In this document: in pieces, positions 38,898 through 49,359 of the stretch
Layout of the letters: the number at the start of each line of letters is the position of its first letter
Position numbering within the stretch: position 1 is the stretch's first letter
Assembly: GCA_945898515.1 (NCBI GenBank)
Contig: CAMDIH010000002.1
Span: forward strand, 6,603-70,602
Origin: Candidatus Neomicrothrix parvicella RN1
GTDB taxonomy: Bacteria > Actinomycetota > Acidimicrobiia > Acidimicrobiales > VFJN01
Reading direction: 5' to 3'
Length of the DNA stretch: 64,000 bases
Notes under the pieces: model-generated
What the model was told of the DNA's origin: nothing
Databases searched by the model: none
The model's input: the letters and a program-made list of their open reading frames with translations, nothing else
Position numbers and translations under genes: made by a program

Positions 38898-39935
38898 TCA
38901 GTGGTTGGCGGACGAGAAGAGCACGCCCTTGAGGGCCTCGAACTCTTCCAGGGACTGGCCGGATCCGATAGCCACCGCGTGGAGTGGATCGGGGGCGATC
39001 AGGATCGGCATGCCCGTCTCGTGGTGAAGTCGGGCCTGGAGGCCGTGCAAGAGTGCTCCACCGCCGGCCAGGGTGATGCCCTTTTCCATGATGTCGGCGG
39101 CGAGTTCCGGGGGCGTTTTGTCGAGGGTGAACTTCACTGCGTCGACGATGGCCGAGACCGGCTCCCCCATGGCTTCACGAATCTCCTCGGTGGTAGTAAC
39201 AACCGTCTTGGGCAAACCGGTGACGAGATCACGACCACGGATCTCAGCGTGGAGTTCCTCCTCAAGAGGCCAGGCCGATCCGAGGGCGATCTTCACTTCC
39301 TCCGCGGTGCGCTCACCCACCGCGAGGCTGTATTCCTTCTTGATGAACTGGATGATCGAGTCGTCGAGTTCGTCGCCTCCCACGCGCACGGACTGGCTGG
39401 CCACGATGCCACCCAGTGAGATCACCGCCACCTCAGTGGTGCCACCGCCGATGTCGACGATCATGTTGCCGGTGGGTTCCTGCACCGGAAGGCCCGCGCC
39501 GATCGCGGCCGCCATGGGCTCTTCGATGATGTAGGCGGGCTTGCGGGCACCGGCGTACTCGGCGGCTTCCATGACCGCCCGTTGCTCCACTCCGGTGATA
39601 CCCGAGGGCACGCAGATCACCATGCGGGGCTTGCTCCAGCGCCGATTGTTGACCTTCTGGATGAAATACCGGAGCATCTTTTCGCACATCTCAAAGTCGG
39701 CGATCACGCCGTCTTTCAGCGGTCGAATGGCCTGGATGTGTGCCGGGGTGCGGCCGATCATCCGCTTGGCTTCAACCCCTACCGCAAGCGGTTGGCCGTT
39801 GCGGACATTGATGGCCACCACCGACGGCTCGTTCAGCACGATGCCGCGCCCTCGCACGTACACGACGGTGTTTGCCGTGCCGAGATCGACCGCCATGTCG
39901 CGGCCCAAAATGGAGGAAAGAAGGTTCTCGGACAT
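38898..39935 (-). CDS. mreB: rod shape-determining protein MreB
   Basis: '[28 protein letters not shown]' and '[18 protein letters not shown]'. ATG at 39935 (the ORF extends to 40013). Confidence 0.95.
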   Translation of the reverse strand: MSENLLSSILGRDMAVDLGTANTVVYVRGRGIVLNEPSVVAINVRNGQPLAVGVEAKRMIGRTPAHIQAIRPLKDGVIADFEMCEKMLRYFIQKVNNRRWSKPRMVICVPSGITGVEQRAVMEAAEYAGARKPAYIIEEPMAAAIGAGLPVQEPTGNMIVDIGGGTTEVAVISLGGIVASQSVRVGGDELDDSIIQFIKKEYSLAVGERTAEEVKIALGSAWPLEEELHAEIRGRDLVTGLPKTVVTTTEEIREAMGEPVSAIVDAVKFTLDKTPPELAADIMEKGITLAGGGALLHGLQARLHHETGMPILIAPDPLHAVAIGSGQSLEEFEALKGVLFSSANH

Positions 39936-40075
39936 CGGGGCGGGACCCTCTCCGCTAGCTACCACGGGCGTTGTGTGCATCGTACTCGCACAAGATTGCA
40001 GCCGGAAGGTCACCCTTTAGTAGACCCTTTGCCTGCTGATCTCACAGTCTAGGGCCTGCAACCGAAGCGTAACAA

Positions 40076-40489
40076 TCAGTGGCCCTGGGGGAACCACAGG
40101 GCGATTTCCCGGACGGCACTGTCGTGGCCGTCGGAGGCGTGAACAAGGTTCTCACTGGTGATGGTGGCAAAGTCGCCTCGAATGGTGCCCGGCTCAGCGT
40201 CGTCCACCTTGGTGGCCCCCACGATCTTGCGGACGAGGGAGAAGGTGTTGTCGGCGGGACCCTCCAGGATCATGGCCAACACCGGCGAGCGAGTGAGGAA
40301 ACTCACGAGCTCTCCGTAGAACGGCTTATCGGCATGCTCGGCGTAGTGCGCCTCGGCCAAAGCCACACTGGCGGTGCGCAACTCGGCGGCCCGCACGGTA
40401 AAACCCTTGCGCTCGAAGCGGGCGATGATTTCCCCCACGAGAGAGCGCTCAACGGCATCGGGCTTACACATAACAAAGGTCTGGTTCAT
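40076..40489 (-). CDS. ndk: nucleoside-diphosphate kinase
   Basis: 'TFVMCKPDAVERSLVGEIIARFERKGF' and 'NLVHASD' with the catalytic His. Confidence 0.95.
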   Translation of the reverse strand: MNQTFVMCKPDAVERSLVGEIIARFERKGFTVRAAELRTASVALAEAHYAEHADKPFYGELVSFLTRSPVLAMILEGPADNTFSLVRKIVGATKVDDAEPGTIRGDFATITSENLVHASDGHDSAVREIALWFPQGH

Positions 40490-40510
40490 GGCGACCGAGC
40501 GTAGGAGGGC

Positions 40511-41809
40511 TTAGGCGTCCAAGACCAACCCGTGCACCCGGGCGGCCCGGCGGGCCGCGCCCACCGTGTAGAGCGACCCGGTGATGAGGACCACATCGGA
40601 TACCGCCGCCGTCGCCAGAGCCAACGCGACGGCTTCCCCCACATCGGGAACCACCCGCGCCCGCCCTCCGAGACGCGTCACCACCGCCGCTAGGTCCGCC
40701 GCCGGAAGGGCCCGGGGCGAATCCGGGGTACAGCAGACCACCTCAACCGCGTCCTCCGCCCCCAATATCTCTAGCAATTCGCGGGGGTCGCGCCCGTCGA
40801 GCACCCCCACCACGAGGTATCGATCGCCGCGCACCGCAAACCCACTGACCAGCGCCTCCGCTACCGCCTGCGCGCCGCCGGGATTGTGGGCGCCGTCGAG
40901 GATCACCAGCGGGTCGCGCTGTAGCACCTCGAACCGACCCGGGTTGCGAACCGACGCAAAGGCTTCGGCCACCAGATCCCCGTCGAGGGGCCGGCCGAAA
41001 AATGCCTCGGTAGCGGCCAGAGCAAGGGACGCGTTGTCGCCTTGGTGGGCACCATGCAGGGCGAGAAACACCTCGTCATACCGCCCCCCCGGCGTGCGCA
41101 GATCGAGCACGCGCCCGCCCATCGCTAATGCGTTCCCGGTGCAGGCAAAGTCCACGTCGCGGTACCAGGTGGCCTCCGCAGGGGTAGCAGCAAACACCGC
41201 TGCAAGAGCTGGATCGGTTTCGCCCACCACAAAGGTGGACCCGGTCTTCACGATCCCCGCCTTCTCCTCGGCGATCCGACCCCGCCAATCACCCCGACCA
41301 TCGGTGTGATCGCGGTCGATGTTCGTGAGGACCGCCACCGCTGCGTCCACCACGTTGGTGGCATCCCAGCGGCCGAGTAATCCCACCTCCACCACCGCCG
41401 CTGCTACCGCTTCATCGGAGAACCACCGCAACGCCGCCGCGGTGAGCAGTTCGAAGTACGACGGGCGATGCTGAAGGAGCGACTCGACACGGGACAGATC
41501 GGTCAGCACCTCCGCCAGGGCGCTATCGGGGATCGCCACGCCATTGCGAGAGATGCGTTCGTTGATCGTCTCGAGATGTGGGCTCGTATAGGTGCCCACC
41601 GTGAGATCGTGGGCACCGAGCAGGGCGGTGACGAGTCGGGCCACCGAGCCTTTCCCATTGGTGCCGGTGATGTGGATGGTGGGCTGCTGGTGCTGGGGGT
41701 CACCGAGAACCGCGCACAGCTCCCGCATCTGGTCGAGCTTCAGACCCTCAACGCGACCGGCTACGGCTGGGCTTGTCTCGAGATTGATGTGCTGGCCCAA
41801 CCAGGCCAA
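40511..41809 (-). CDS. folC: bifunctional folylpolyglutamate synthase/dihydrofolate synthase
   Basis: Mur-ligase P-loop 'HITGTNGKGS'; FolC-like length. Confidence 0.85.
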   Translation of the reverse strand: MAWLGQHINLETSPAVAGRVEGLKLDQMRELCAVLGDPQHQQPTIHITGTNGKGSVARLVTALLGAHDLTVGTYTSPHLETINERISRNGVAIPDSALAEVLTDLSRVESLLQHRPSYFELLTAAALRWFSDEAVAAAVVEVGLLGRWDATNVVDAAVAVLTNIDRDHTDGRGDWRGRIAEEKAGIVKTGSTFVVGETDPALAAVFAATPAEATWYRDVDFACTGNALAMGGRVLDLRTPGGRYDEVFLALHGAHQGDNASLALAATEAFFGRPLDGDLVAEAFASVRNPGRFEVLQRDPLVILDGAHNPGGAQAVAEALVSGFAVRGDRYLVVGVLDGRDPRELLEILGAEDAVEVVCCTPDSPRALPAADLAAVVTRLGGRARVVPDVGEAVALALATAAVSDVVLITGSLYTVGAARRAARVHGLVLDA

Positions 41810-41823
41810 CGCCTCGGGGAGGT

Positions 41824-43098
41824 TCAGGACGCTGCTCGCCGCGGGCGCTGCTGGGCCGGCGCGTCCTTGCGCTTCACCAGAGTGGGGTTGACCTTATCCA
41901 GCACGACATCGCGATCGATGACGCACTTCTGCACATCGGTGCGGGAGGGGAGGTCGTACATCACATTGAGGAGCACCTCTTCGAGGATGGCCCGAAGGCC
42001 ACGAGCACCCGTGCCGCGCAACAGGGCCTGATCGGCTACCGCGTCGAGGGCGTCGTCGGAGAACTCCAATTCGACGTCTTCCAACTCGAAGAACTTCTGG
42101 TACTGCTTCACCAGGGCGTTCTTGGGCTCCACCAGGATCCGGACCAAGGCCTCCCGGTCGAGTGGCGCCACCGCGCTGAGTACCGGCAGGCGGCCGATGA
42201 ACTCGGGGATGAGACCGAACTTGATGAGGTCCTCGGGAAGCACACTGGCCAGCGCTGCCCCCGGGTGCTTCTCCTCATGCTTGCGGATGTCGGAGGTGAA
42301 GCCGATGCCTTTGGAACCAAGACGACCCTCAATGATCTTTTCGATCCCGGCAAACGCTCCGCCGCAGATAAAGAGCACATTGGTGGTGTCGATCTGGATG
42401 AACTCTTGGTGGGGGTGCTTGCGTCCCCCTTGCGGCGGAACCGACGCGGTGGTCCCCTCCAAGATCTTGAGGAGGGCCTGCTGCACACCTTCGCCTGAGA
42501 CATCGCGGGTGATCGACGGGTTCTCGCTCTTGCGGGCGACCTTGTCGATTTCGTCGATGTAGATAATCCCTGTCTCAGCCTTCTTCACGTCGTAGTCGGC
42601 GGCTTGAATGAGCTTGAGGAGGATGTTCTCCACGTCTTCACCGACGTACCCCGCCTCGGTAAGAGCGGTGGCATCGGCGATGGCGAAGGGCACGTTCAGC
42701 ATGCGAGCGAGCGTCTGCGCCAGGAGGGTCTTTCCACAACCGGTGGGACCGAGCAAGAGAATGTTCGACTTCGCCAGTTCCACCTCGTCGTGGTGGCTGG
42801 CACCGAACTGAACTCGCTTGTAGTGGTTGTAGACCGCCACGGCAAGGATCTTCTTGGCGTGGTCCTGACCGATGATGTAGTCGTTCAGGAACTCGTAGAT
42901 CTCCTGGGGCTTAGGGAGTTCGTCGAAGCGCATCTCCGATGTCTCGGAAAGCTCCTCCTCGATGATTTCGTTGCACAGATCGATGCACTCATCACAGATG
43001 TAGACCCCCGGGCCGGCGATCAACTTCTTCACCTGCTTCTGAGACTTACCGCAGAACGAGCACTTGAGAAGCTCGCCCCCATCCCCGAATTTGGCCAT
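41824..43098 (-). CDS. clpX: ATP-dependent Clp protease ATP-binding subunit ClpX
   Basis: Zn-finger '[26 protein letters not shown]', Walker A 'GPTGCGKT' and 'IIYIDEIDK'. Confidence 0.97.
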   Translation of the reverse strand: MAKFGDGGELLKCSFCGKSQKQVKKLIAGPGVYICDECIDLCNEIIEEELSETSEMRFDELPKPQEIYEFLNDYIIGQDHAKKILAVAVYNHYKRVQFGASHHDEVELAKSNILLLGPTGCGKTLLAQTLARMLNVPFAIADATALTEAGYVGEDVENILLKLIQAADYDVKKAETGIIYIDEIDKVARKSENPSITRDVSGEGVQQALLKILEGTTASVPPQGGRKHPHQEFIQIDTTNVLFICGGAFAGIEKIIEGRLGSKGIGFTSDIRKHEEKHPGAALASVLPEDLIKFGLIPEFIGRLPVLSAVAPLDREALVRILVEPKNALVKQYQKFFELEDVELEFSDDALDAVADQALLRGTGARGLRAILEEVLLNVMYDLPSRTDVQKCVIDRDVVLDKVNPTLVKRKDAPAQQRPRRAAS

Positions 43099-43133
43099 GT
43101 TGCTGACCCCCGTTTGCCTCTCGTACCTGCTGG

Positions 43134-43790
43134 TTAGCTAGCCCGAGTGATCGGGCCAGCATTATCGGCCAAGGTTCGGGCCGTGATGACTTCGTCGATG
43201 ATGCCGTACGCGAGCGCCTCATCGGCGGACATCACGAAATCTCGCTCCGTGTCCCGGTGGATCTTCTCGGAGTCTTGGCCGGTGTGGTCGGCCAGTAATT
43301 CGTCGAGTTGGATGCGCATCCGGAGAATCTCACGGGCCGCCAGTTCCACATCGGTGGCCTGCCCACCGGCTTGGCCCCACGGTTGGTGGAGTAGCACCCG
43401 GGAATGAGGAAGGGCCAGCCGCTTGCCCTTGGTGCCGGCGGCGAGGAGTACGGCGGCCGCACTAGCAGCCTGCCCGAAACAAATCGTGCTGATATCGGGC
43501 TTCACGAAACTCATCGTGTCGTAGATGGCAAACAACGCGGTGATGTCGCCGCCGGGGCTATTGATGTAGATGTTGATGTCGCGGTCGGGGTTCTCCGACT
43601 CGAGGTGAAGCAACTGAGCGCAGACCAAGTTGGCGATCGTGTCGTCGATGGGCGTGCCCAAAAAAATGATGCCGTCTTTGAGGAGTCGGCTGTAGAGGTC
43701 ATAGGCCCGCTCGCCTCGGTTGGTCGACTCGACGACCGTGGGAACGAGGTAGTTCCGGATCACCGTTTCGTGCTGCCCGATGATGTCCAT
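43134..43790 (-). CDS. clpP: ATP-dependent Clp protease proteolytic subunit
   Basis: '[18 protein letters not shown]', '[14 protein letters not shown]' (catalytic Ser) and 'LLHQP' (His). Confidence 0.95.
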   Translation of the reverse strand: MDIIGQHETVIRNYLVPTVVESTNRGERAYDLYSRLLKDGIIFLGTPIDDTIANLVCAQLLHLESENPDRDINIYINSPGGDITALFAIYDTMSFVKPDISTICFGQAASAAAVLLAAGTKGKRLALPHSRVLLHQPWGQAGGQATDVELAAREILRMRIQLDELLADHTGQDSEKIHRDTERDFVMSADEALAYGIIDEVITARTLADNAGPITRAS

Positions 43791-45181
43791 CAGTCTTGGT
43801 CGTCCGTTTCGTCGGCGACCTCGTCGGTCGCGGTGGGGGGGATTTCGTTGGTATCGGCTTCTTCGGGTGGGATCTCAAGCTCACTGCGCTCGATTTTGAC
43901 ACCCTCGGGGTCGAGAAGTTCAACCTTTTCGAGTAGCCACTCCAGCGCTTTGCGCTTCTTGATGTCTGAGCGTACCGCCGAGATCTGCCCCACGCTCTCG
44001 AATCGCTCACGCACCTCATCAACACTCTGGCCTACCCGCTCAGCCACCTCTTCGAGTTCGGTGAGGAGGTCCTCGTCGGTGCAGTCGATTCCCTCGGCGA
44101 CCGCTACCGCTCGCAGCGCCAGGTCCACTTTTACCCCGGAGGTGGCGGTGTCGCGAAGTTCCTGACTGAACTGCTCCGGGTCGGTGCCGGTCATCTGCAA
44201 GTACTGGTCGAGTTGCATGCCCTGGGCTTGTAGGCGCATGGCGAGGTCTTGAAAACGCTCCTGCATTTCGTGGTTCACCATTGCTTCGGGGAGGTCGTCG
44301 GTGACCAGCGCCGCAAGGGCTTCGCCGGTCTTTTCGCGCAGAGCCATCTGGGCTTGGGCGGTCCGGACCCGCGTCATGCGGTCGATGAGGCTGGCCCGGA
44401 GTTCGTCGAGCGTTTCGAACTCGGATGCCGTGGCAGCCCAGGCATCGTCGAGGTCGGGAAGGACCTTCTCCCGCACGTCCTTGAGAGCAAGTTCGAAGAG
44501 CAGTTCGCGCCCTTCGTCGGGATCGGGGTGGGTGGCCGCGAAGGCGAGCGCCGCTCCGGCGGTGGCCCCGAGGAGGTTCTCGTCAACCTCCGGGCTGATC
44601 GCTCCCGAGCCCACCGTGTAACTGTAATCATCGGCGGTAAGCCCCGATTGAGCCTCGCCATCCAGGGTGCCAGCGATGTCGATGGTGACGGTGTCGCCGT
44701 TTTGTACCGGCCGATCAACCGACTCGAGGGTGCTGTTGCTCTCACGCATACGACCGAGTTGGGCATTGATGGCGTCGTCGTCGGGGGCGGGACGTTCCAA
44801 CGTGACCGACAGCCCGCCATACCCGGGCACCTCAATGGAGGGCCGCACCTCCACGACGGCATCGAAGGCCACGTTGCCACCCTCGTGCCCGCCCGTCACA
44901 TCAATCTCAGGAGGAGCGATGACATCGACGTCGTGCTCGATGACGGCGGCGCTGTAGTACTCCGGAAGGGAATCCTGCATCGCCTGCTCCCGGCCCACCA
45001 GCGGACCAAGGCGGGCTTCGAGGACCTTGCGAGGGGCTTTACCGGGCCGGAAACCGGGGAGGCGCACCTCCTTGGCGATCTTTCTGAAGGCGACGGTGAT
45101 GGCCTCTTCGAACTCGGCCGCCTCCACCTCAACGGACAACTTGACCTTGTTCCCCTCGAGGGGTGCGACGGTGCTCTTCAT
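43790..45181 (-). CDS. tig: trigger factor
   Basis: '[27 protein letters not shown]...[15 protein letters not shown]'. ATG at 45181; the longer ORF to 45286 would run into tRNA-Pro. Confidence 0.9.
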   Translation of the reverse strand: MKSTVAPLEGNKVKLSVEVEAAEFEEAITVAFRKIAKEVRLPGFRPGKAPRKVLEARLGPLVGREQAMQDSLPEYYSAAVIEHDVDVIAPPEIDVTGGHEGGNVAFDAVVEVRPSIEVPGYGGLSVTLERPAPDDDAINAQLGRMRESNSTLESVDRPVQNGDTVTIDIAGTLDGEAQSGLTADDYSYTVGSGAISPEVDENLLGATAGAALAFAATHPDPDEGRELLFELALKDVREKVLPDLDDAWAATASEFETLDELRASLIDRMTRVRTAQAQMALREKTGEALAALVTDDLPEAMVNHEMQERFQDLAMRLQAQGMQLDQYLQMTGTDPEQFSQELRDTATSGVKVDLALRAVAVAEGIDCTDEDLLTELEEVAERVGQSVDEVRERFESVGQISAVRSDIKKRKALEWLLEKVELLDPEGVKIERSELEIPPEEADTNEIPPTATDEVADETDDQD

Positions 45182-45260
45182 GCGGACACCTACTGTATCG
45201 GCCGACGCGAGGGTCCCCGACATGCATCTGCCCTCCGAGGGCCTATCGTGCACCCGGTCA

Positions 45261-45335
45261 CGGGGAGTAGCGCAGTGGTAGCGCACCTGCTTTGGGAGCA
45301 GGAGGTCGGGGGTTCAAATCCCCCCTCCCCGACCA
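45261..45335 (+). tRNA. tRNA-Pro (anticodon TGG), CCA encoded
   Basis: Hand-folded cloverleaf: acceptor CGGGGAG/CTCCCCG, anticodon arm CCTGC-TTTGGGA-GCAGG, T-arm GGGGG-TTCAAAT-CCCCC. Confidence 0.9.
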
Positions 45336-45362
45336 GCTCCGCTACCGTCAGCCACGGAATCT

Positions 45363-45437
45363 GCGGGTGTAGCTCAACGGCTAGAGCCCCAGCCTTCCAA
45401 GCTGGTGGTGCGGGTTCGATTCCCGTCACCCGCTCCA
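45363..45437 (+). tRNA. tRNA-Gly (anticodon TCC), CCA encoded
   Basis: Acceptor GCGGGTG/CACCCGC, anticodon arm CCAGC-CTTCCAA-GCTGG, T-loop TTCGATT. Confidence 0.9.
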
Positions 45438-45464
45438 CGGTAGACCTGCGCACTCGCAGTCAGA

Positions 45465-45513
45465 GCCCACGCCACCCGGGTAAGGGTTCGTCAGTCGGGT
45501 GACCCGCGTGGGC
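45465..45513 (+). terminator. GC-rich hairpin downstream of tRNA-Gly
   Basis: 'gcccacgccacccg' pairs with 'cgggtgacccgcgtgggc' (14 bp with a 4-nt bulge). There is no clear U-tract, so its function is uncertain. Confidence 0.35.
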
Positions 45514-45604
45514 CCAGCGCCCGCCGTGCCTCGATCCTCCTCCAAGTCACCGAGTGTGCCTACGCTGCTGACGTGACTGCGGCCACCGGACCGGGCGGCG
45601 TCCG

Positions 45605-46319
45605 GTGAGCGATCCCCAAGGCGACCGGCTGCTCGAACCGAGCCCGTTGAGGCGCCGGTTGGTGTCGATCGAGGCCGCGGCCATCGCCGGGATCATCTGC
45701 GCAGTCGGGTGGTCCCTCTCACTGCGGGGCCTGCTCGCCGCCCCCGACATCGGCGCGCCCGACGCCGAGATCGTCCGGTTCTACGCCGATCCCGCGACCG
45801 GAACGGCCGCGGTGGCCTGGCTGCAGGTGCTGGTGTTCTCGACGATCGCGTTCCTGTGGTTCGTCGGGGTGGGTGCGGGGGCGGATCGGCGACAAGGAGC
45901 CGAAGCTGTTCGGCACCGTGTTCCTCGGCGCCAGCATCCTCCTGGCCGGGCTCCTGTTCCTGGGGGCCTCGCTCCTGGCGGCACCGTCGCTGCTCGTCGC
46001 CGTCGGCGACAAGGCGCCCGCGCCAGGCGCCGCGTCCCTCACCCGAGCCGCCGCCGCGGTGCTGTCGGTGTTCGCCCCCCGGATCGCCACGCTGGTGATG
46101 TTCTCGACGGCGAGCCTCGGCCGGGCCACCGGCGCCCTCCCCCGCTGGCTGGTGTGGCTCACCTTCGCGGTGGGCGCCGTCGAGCTCGTGAACTTCTCCA
46201 TCGCCATCCCGACGATCTACCTCGTGCCCGCCTGGATCGCCCTGGTCAGCATCGTGCTGCTCGTCCGTCACCCTTCGCATGCCTTCGAGCTCGACCAGCA
46301 ACCGGCTGGGGAACCCTGA
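45605..46319 (+). pseudogene. polytopic membrane protein interrupted by a +1 frameshift near 45870
   Basis: Hydrophobic TM-like sequence runs in frame 45605 up to '...FSTIAFLWFVGV'. It then continues in the frame of ORF 45873..46319 ('RGRIGDKEPKLFGTVFLGASILLAGLLFLG...'). The switch falls in the G-run 'tcggggtgggtgcggggg'. Confidence 0.5.
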
Positions 46320-46340
46320 CAGCCGCCAGCCGAGTACCGA

Positions 46341-48011
46341 TCAGCGGTGCGCCTCGACCCACGCCAGCGCGTCCGCGTAGGCGCGCTTGACCGTCGCGCC
46401 GACGCGCTCGTCACCCGGGTACACGCTGTCGGCGCCGATCACCTCGGTGATCCCGGTAACGGCCAGCTGCTCGATGAGCCGCTCGTTGGCCGACACGATC
46501 ATCAGCCGGCTGTCGACGGCTTCCAATGCCTTCGCATAGCGGTGCAGGACGTCCATGAAGGTGGTCCCCAGGTCGCTGCGGCCCCGCATCCGGAGGATGA
46601 CCACCGAGTTGGTCGACCCCGGCCCGACGGTCGGAAGCGTCGCCTCGAAGACGGGCGCCGCCGCGAAGAACAGGCTCCCGTACGGCTGCAGCACCACCAC
46701 CTCGTGGGCGGGCAGCTCCGCCGGCGGGTCCACCTCGACCAGGTGGCCATCTGGGTCGAGGATCCGACGGCGGGCCGTCACCTGGTTGGACTGGCGCGTG
46801 ACGTGAAGGATCACCGATAGGCCCACTCCCAAGAACACCGCGTACTGGAGCGGCATCACCAAGGTCAGCAGGAACGTGACGCTCAGGACCGCCTTCTGCA
46901 CCGAGCCTGTCCTCCACACCGACTGCAGATCGGCCGCGCTGATCGTCCGGTAGCCGATGAGCATCAACAGCCCCGCCAATGCCGCCATCGCGATGTGGCC
47001 GACGGCCTCGCCGAACAGGAGGATCACCAGCGCCATCACGACCGCCGCGACCAGCAGCGACTGACGAGACCGGGCGCCGGCCTCCTTGTTGATCGCCGAC
47101 CCCGACACCGACCCTCCCACCGGCATGCCCTGCAGGACGCCGGACGCCACGTTGGCGGCGCCCTGACCGATGAAGTCGCGGGAGGCGTCCGGATAGCTGC
47201 CGTCTGGATTCGGGTAGTTCGCCGAGATGCCCGAGCCCTGCACCAGTCCGACGAAGGCCAGCGAGACGGCCGGCAGGACCAACAACGGCACCAGCCGCAG
47301 GAGCGGCAGCTCCGGGCTGGGCAACGAGTCGGCGACGATGCCCAGATCACTGAGCGTGGCGACGCTGCTCCAACCGGCCAGCGCCGCCGCCGCCGCGGAG
47401 GTCGCGAGGACGGCGACGACCAGGCCGAGTGAACCCAGGCGAGTCCGCTCGAGCAGCACGATCAGGGCGATGGTCGCCAGACCGATGAACAGGGTGCGGG
47501 CGTCCCACTCGCCCGGGTGGATGAGGGTGTTGAGGGCACGGGTTAGCCGGTTGGCTCCCTCCGCGCTGTAGCCGGTCAGGTTGACAAGCTGGCCGAGCAC
47601 GATGTTCACGCCGACCGCGTTGATGAAACCGACCATCACGGCATTCGAGACGAACCGCAGGACCGTCCCGAGTCGCAGCAAGCCCGCCGCGAGCATCGCC
47701 ACCCCCGTGAGCACCGACAGGGTCACCAACGCCCGCGTCGGGTCGTCCGCATCACGGATGGCAGGCACATCGGCGATCACCATCGCCATCGCTCCCGTGC
47801 CCTGCACCGCCATGAACGACGAGCTCGTGAACAGTGCCCCCGTCGCCGTCCCCACCATGTAGCCGTAGAGCCCGGCCAGCGGGTTCACCCCGGCTAGCAG
47901 ACCGGTCGCGAGACCGTCAGGAACCGACTGCACCCCCAGCACCAGGCCGGCCACTCCGTCCTCTTTCAGAGTCCGCCTCTGGAACGGCCCCCGCCGCCTC
48001 GCCGCCTCCAT
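46341..48011 (-). CDS. SulP family inorganic anion transporter with C-terminal STAS domain
   Basis: 'AGLVLGVQSVPDGLATGLLAGVNPLAGLYGYM' is the SulP N-terminal signature. It has many TM segments and a C-terminal STAS-like domain ('VVVLQPYGSLFFAAA...VILRMRG'). The ORF extends to 48077. Confidence 0.85.
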   Translation of the reverse strand: MEAARRRGPFQRRTLKEDGVAGLVLGVQSVPDGLATGLLAGVNPLAGLYGYMVGTATGALFTSSSFMAVQGTGAMAMVIADVPAIRDADDPTRALVTLSVLTGVAMLAAGLLRLGTVLRFVSNAVMVGFINAVGVNIVLGQLVNLTGYSAEGANRLTRALNTLIHPGEWDARTLFIGLATIALIVLLERTRLGSLGLVVAVLATSAAAAALAGWSSVATLSDLGIVADSLPSPELPLLRLVPLLVLPAVSLAFVGLVQGSGISANYPNPDGSYPDASRDFIGQGAANVASGVLQGMPVGGSVSGSAINKEAGARSRQSLLVAAVVMALVILLFGEAVGHIAMAALAGLLMLIGYRTISAADLQSVWRTGSVQKAVLSVTFLLTLVMPLQYAVFLGVGLSVILHVTRQSNQVTARRRILDPDGHLVEVDPPAELPAHEVVVLQPYGSLFFAAAPVFEATLPTVGPGSTNSVVILRMRGRSDLGTTFMDVLHRYAKALEAVDSRLMIVSANERLIEQLAVTGITEVIGADSVYPGDERVGATVKRAYADALAWVEAHR

Positions 48012-48196
48012 CCCGTTGCTCACACCCCCGGATCCTATTGGGTGAGCGCCCGTCTGCGTTTCGCCCCGGCGGTCCACCGATGCTCCACCTTCTGCCCACG
48101 CGTGTCGCGCCGGTCCTCGTTGGTCGGCGGGGTCACCCTCCCCTGCGCCGCGCGAGGCATGGCCACCTCCGACTGACGCTCTTAGCCGGTCGGGTT

Positions 48197-48243
48197 GGCG
48201 CCTCCGGCAGGATTCGAACCTGCGACCGTCGGATTAGAAGTCC
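48197..48243 (-). repeat. 3'-half fragment of a tRNA-Arg(TCT)-like gene
   Basis: The first 27 nt ('gcgcctccggcaggattcgaacctgcg') are identical to the 3' part of the full tRNA-Arg at 51052-51125, and about 15 of the next 19 nt match. The upstream sequence has no D-arm or acceptor 5' strand. Confidence 0.8.
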
Positions 48244-48408
48244 CACAAGACGGGTGTTTGCTCGTCGCCCCTAGTTGGCTCTGGTCCACGTTTACCCTGC
48301 TTAGAGCCCCTATTCACGGGACTGGTTAGAACAGGCCGGCACCGGCACAACGGGAGTTGGTCACGCTCTCGTGACCATTCTGTGACCACCGGCCGGGCTA
48401 GGCGGATC

Positions 48409-48801
48409 TCACCCGGTCGCTGCGGAGATGATGCTGACGAGGATAATTGCACCGAAGATGCCGACGCCGATCCATCCGAGAACAATTCCAACGGTCGCCA
48501 TTCCTCCGCCCTGCTGTGTGCCCCGCATTTCGTCGATTTGTTTCCGGGCCATGTAGCCGAACACCAGAGCCAGAACCGACCCGATCCAATAGATCCACAC
48601 GATCCCGAGGACCATCGACGCGACGGCCATCCCGTTGGTGGTCCGCTGGACATAGCCAAACTGGATCGGCGCAGCGAGTTGGCCGGGTGGCGGGGGTAGC
48701 GCTGCCGTCTCCGGCGGGTACAACTTGCCGTCGCTCGCGGCCCACCACCCCGGACCCTGGCTCTGCTCGCTCACTGAACCCCCGGCCTCCACCCACGCCA
48801 C
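48409..48801 (-). CDS. DUF4190-like small membrane protein with N-terminal 'GWW..DGKLYPP' motif
   Basis: Pro-rich linker, then two TM segments 'MAVASMVLGIVWIYWIGSVLALVFGYMARKQI' and 'ATVGIVLGWIGVGIFGAIILV'. Confidence 0.6.
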   Translation of the reverse strand: MAWVEAGGSVSEQSQGPGWWAASDGKLYPPETAALPPPPGQLAAPIQFGYVQRTTNGMAVASMVLGIVWIYWIGSVLALVFGYMARKQIDEMRGTQQGGGMATVGIVLGWIGVGIFGAIILVSIISAATG

Positions 48802-48904
48802 TTGTGGTCGAGACCCTAAGCGTCAACTAGCCGAGGGCGGCGAGGAAGCGGCGGCACGCGTCGTTAAGGCGGGAATCGACCAGCCTGGCGGGGGCGGTAG
48901 TGGG

Positions 48905-49114
48905 TCAGTCTGGAGCCCGCCTCCAGGGTCTTGGAACGACCTCCGGGCCCTTGGCCCCTGCGTCGGTGCGTGAGCCTGGTCCGATCCGCACGAGGGGCCC
49001 GGGGCAACGATGCACGGGGCAGGCGGTCACGGGGCCGCTCGCGTGGATCAGGTGCCCTCTGGCGCATTGGTACTGGTACGGCGGGACGTACTTCGCATCG
49101 GCTCGCGTGGCCAT
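48905..49114 (-). CDS. small Cys/His-containing protein (possible zinc-binding), unknown function
   Basis: 69-aa ORF with 'YQCARGHLIHASGPVTACPVHRCPG'. The ATG is preceded by 'AGAGGA' at about 5 nt. Confidence 0.3.
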   Translation of the reverse strand: MATRADAKYVPPYQYQCARGHLIHASGPVTACPVHRCPGPLVRIGPGSRTDAGAKGPEVVPRPWRRAPD

Positions 49115-49264
49115 GGCGATCCTCTAGGCCGTGGTGCCGTTGGCATCACTGTTGGCATCACCGGGACAGCCGAGACCGGCCGACACCAGCCGACAGAGCC
49201 ATCGGGTGATGCCCGGAACTCCAGGTAGAGCCGACAAAGGCCGACACCAGCCAACGACCGGAGG

Positions 49265-49309
49265 TGCTTTGGGAGCAGGAGGTCGGGGTTCAAATCCCCC
49301 ATCCCCGAC
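49265..49309 (+). repeat. 3'-half fragment of tRNA-Pro(TGG)
   Basis: 'tgctttgggagcaggaggtcggggttcaaatcccccatccccgac' compared with the full gene's 'tgctttgggagcaggaggtcgggggttcaaatcccccctccccgac'. There is no 5' half upstream. Confidence 0.85.
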
Positions 49310-49359
49310 GGGTTCTCCCGCTCACGGAAGGTGGTTCCACTCGCGATAGCCTGCCGGTG

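Larger units (their letters stand above)
45336..49264. mobile_element. putative degraded integrated island bounded by tRNA-Pro and a tRNA-Pro 3'-half repeat
   Basis: Direct repeat of the tRNA-Pro 3' half at 49265-49309. No integrase is visible inside. Confidence 0.35.

Noticed and set aside
44249-45502. 417-aa ORF antisense to tig that runs across both tRNA genes
   Set aside because: It overlaps trigger factor and two well-folded tRNAs. The sequence has no recognisable domains.
45605-46390. Single-frame 261-aa reading of the membrane-protein locus
   Set aside because: After residue 88 or so this frame becomes Arg/Pro/Gly-rich, which is typical of an out-of-frame reading. The neighbouring frame carries the TM-like continuation, so a frameshift is more likely.
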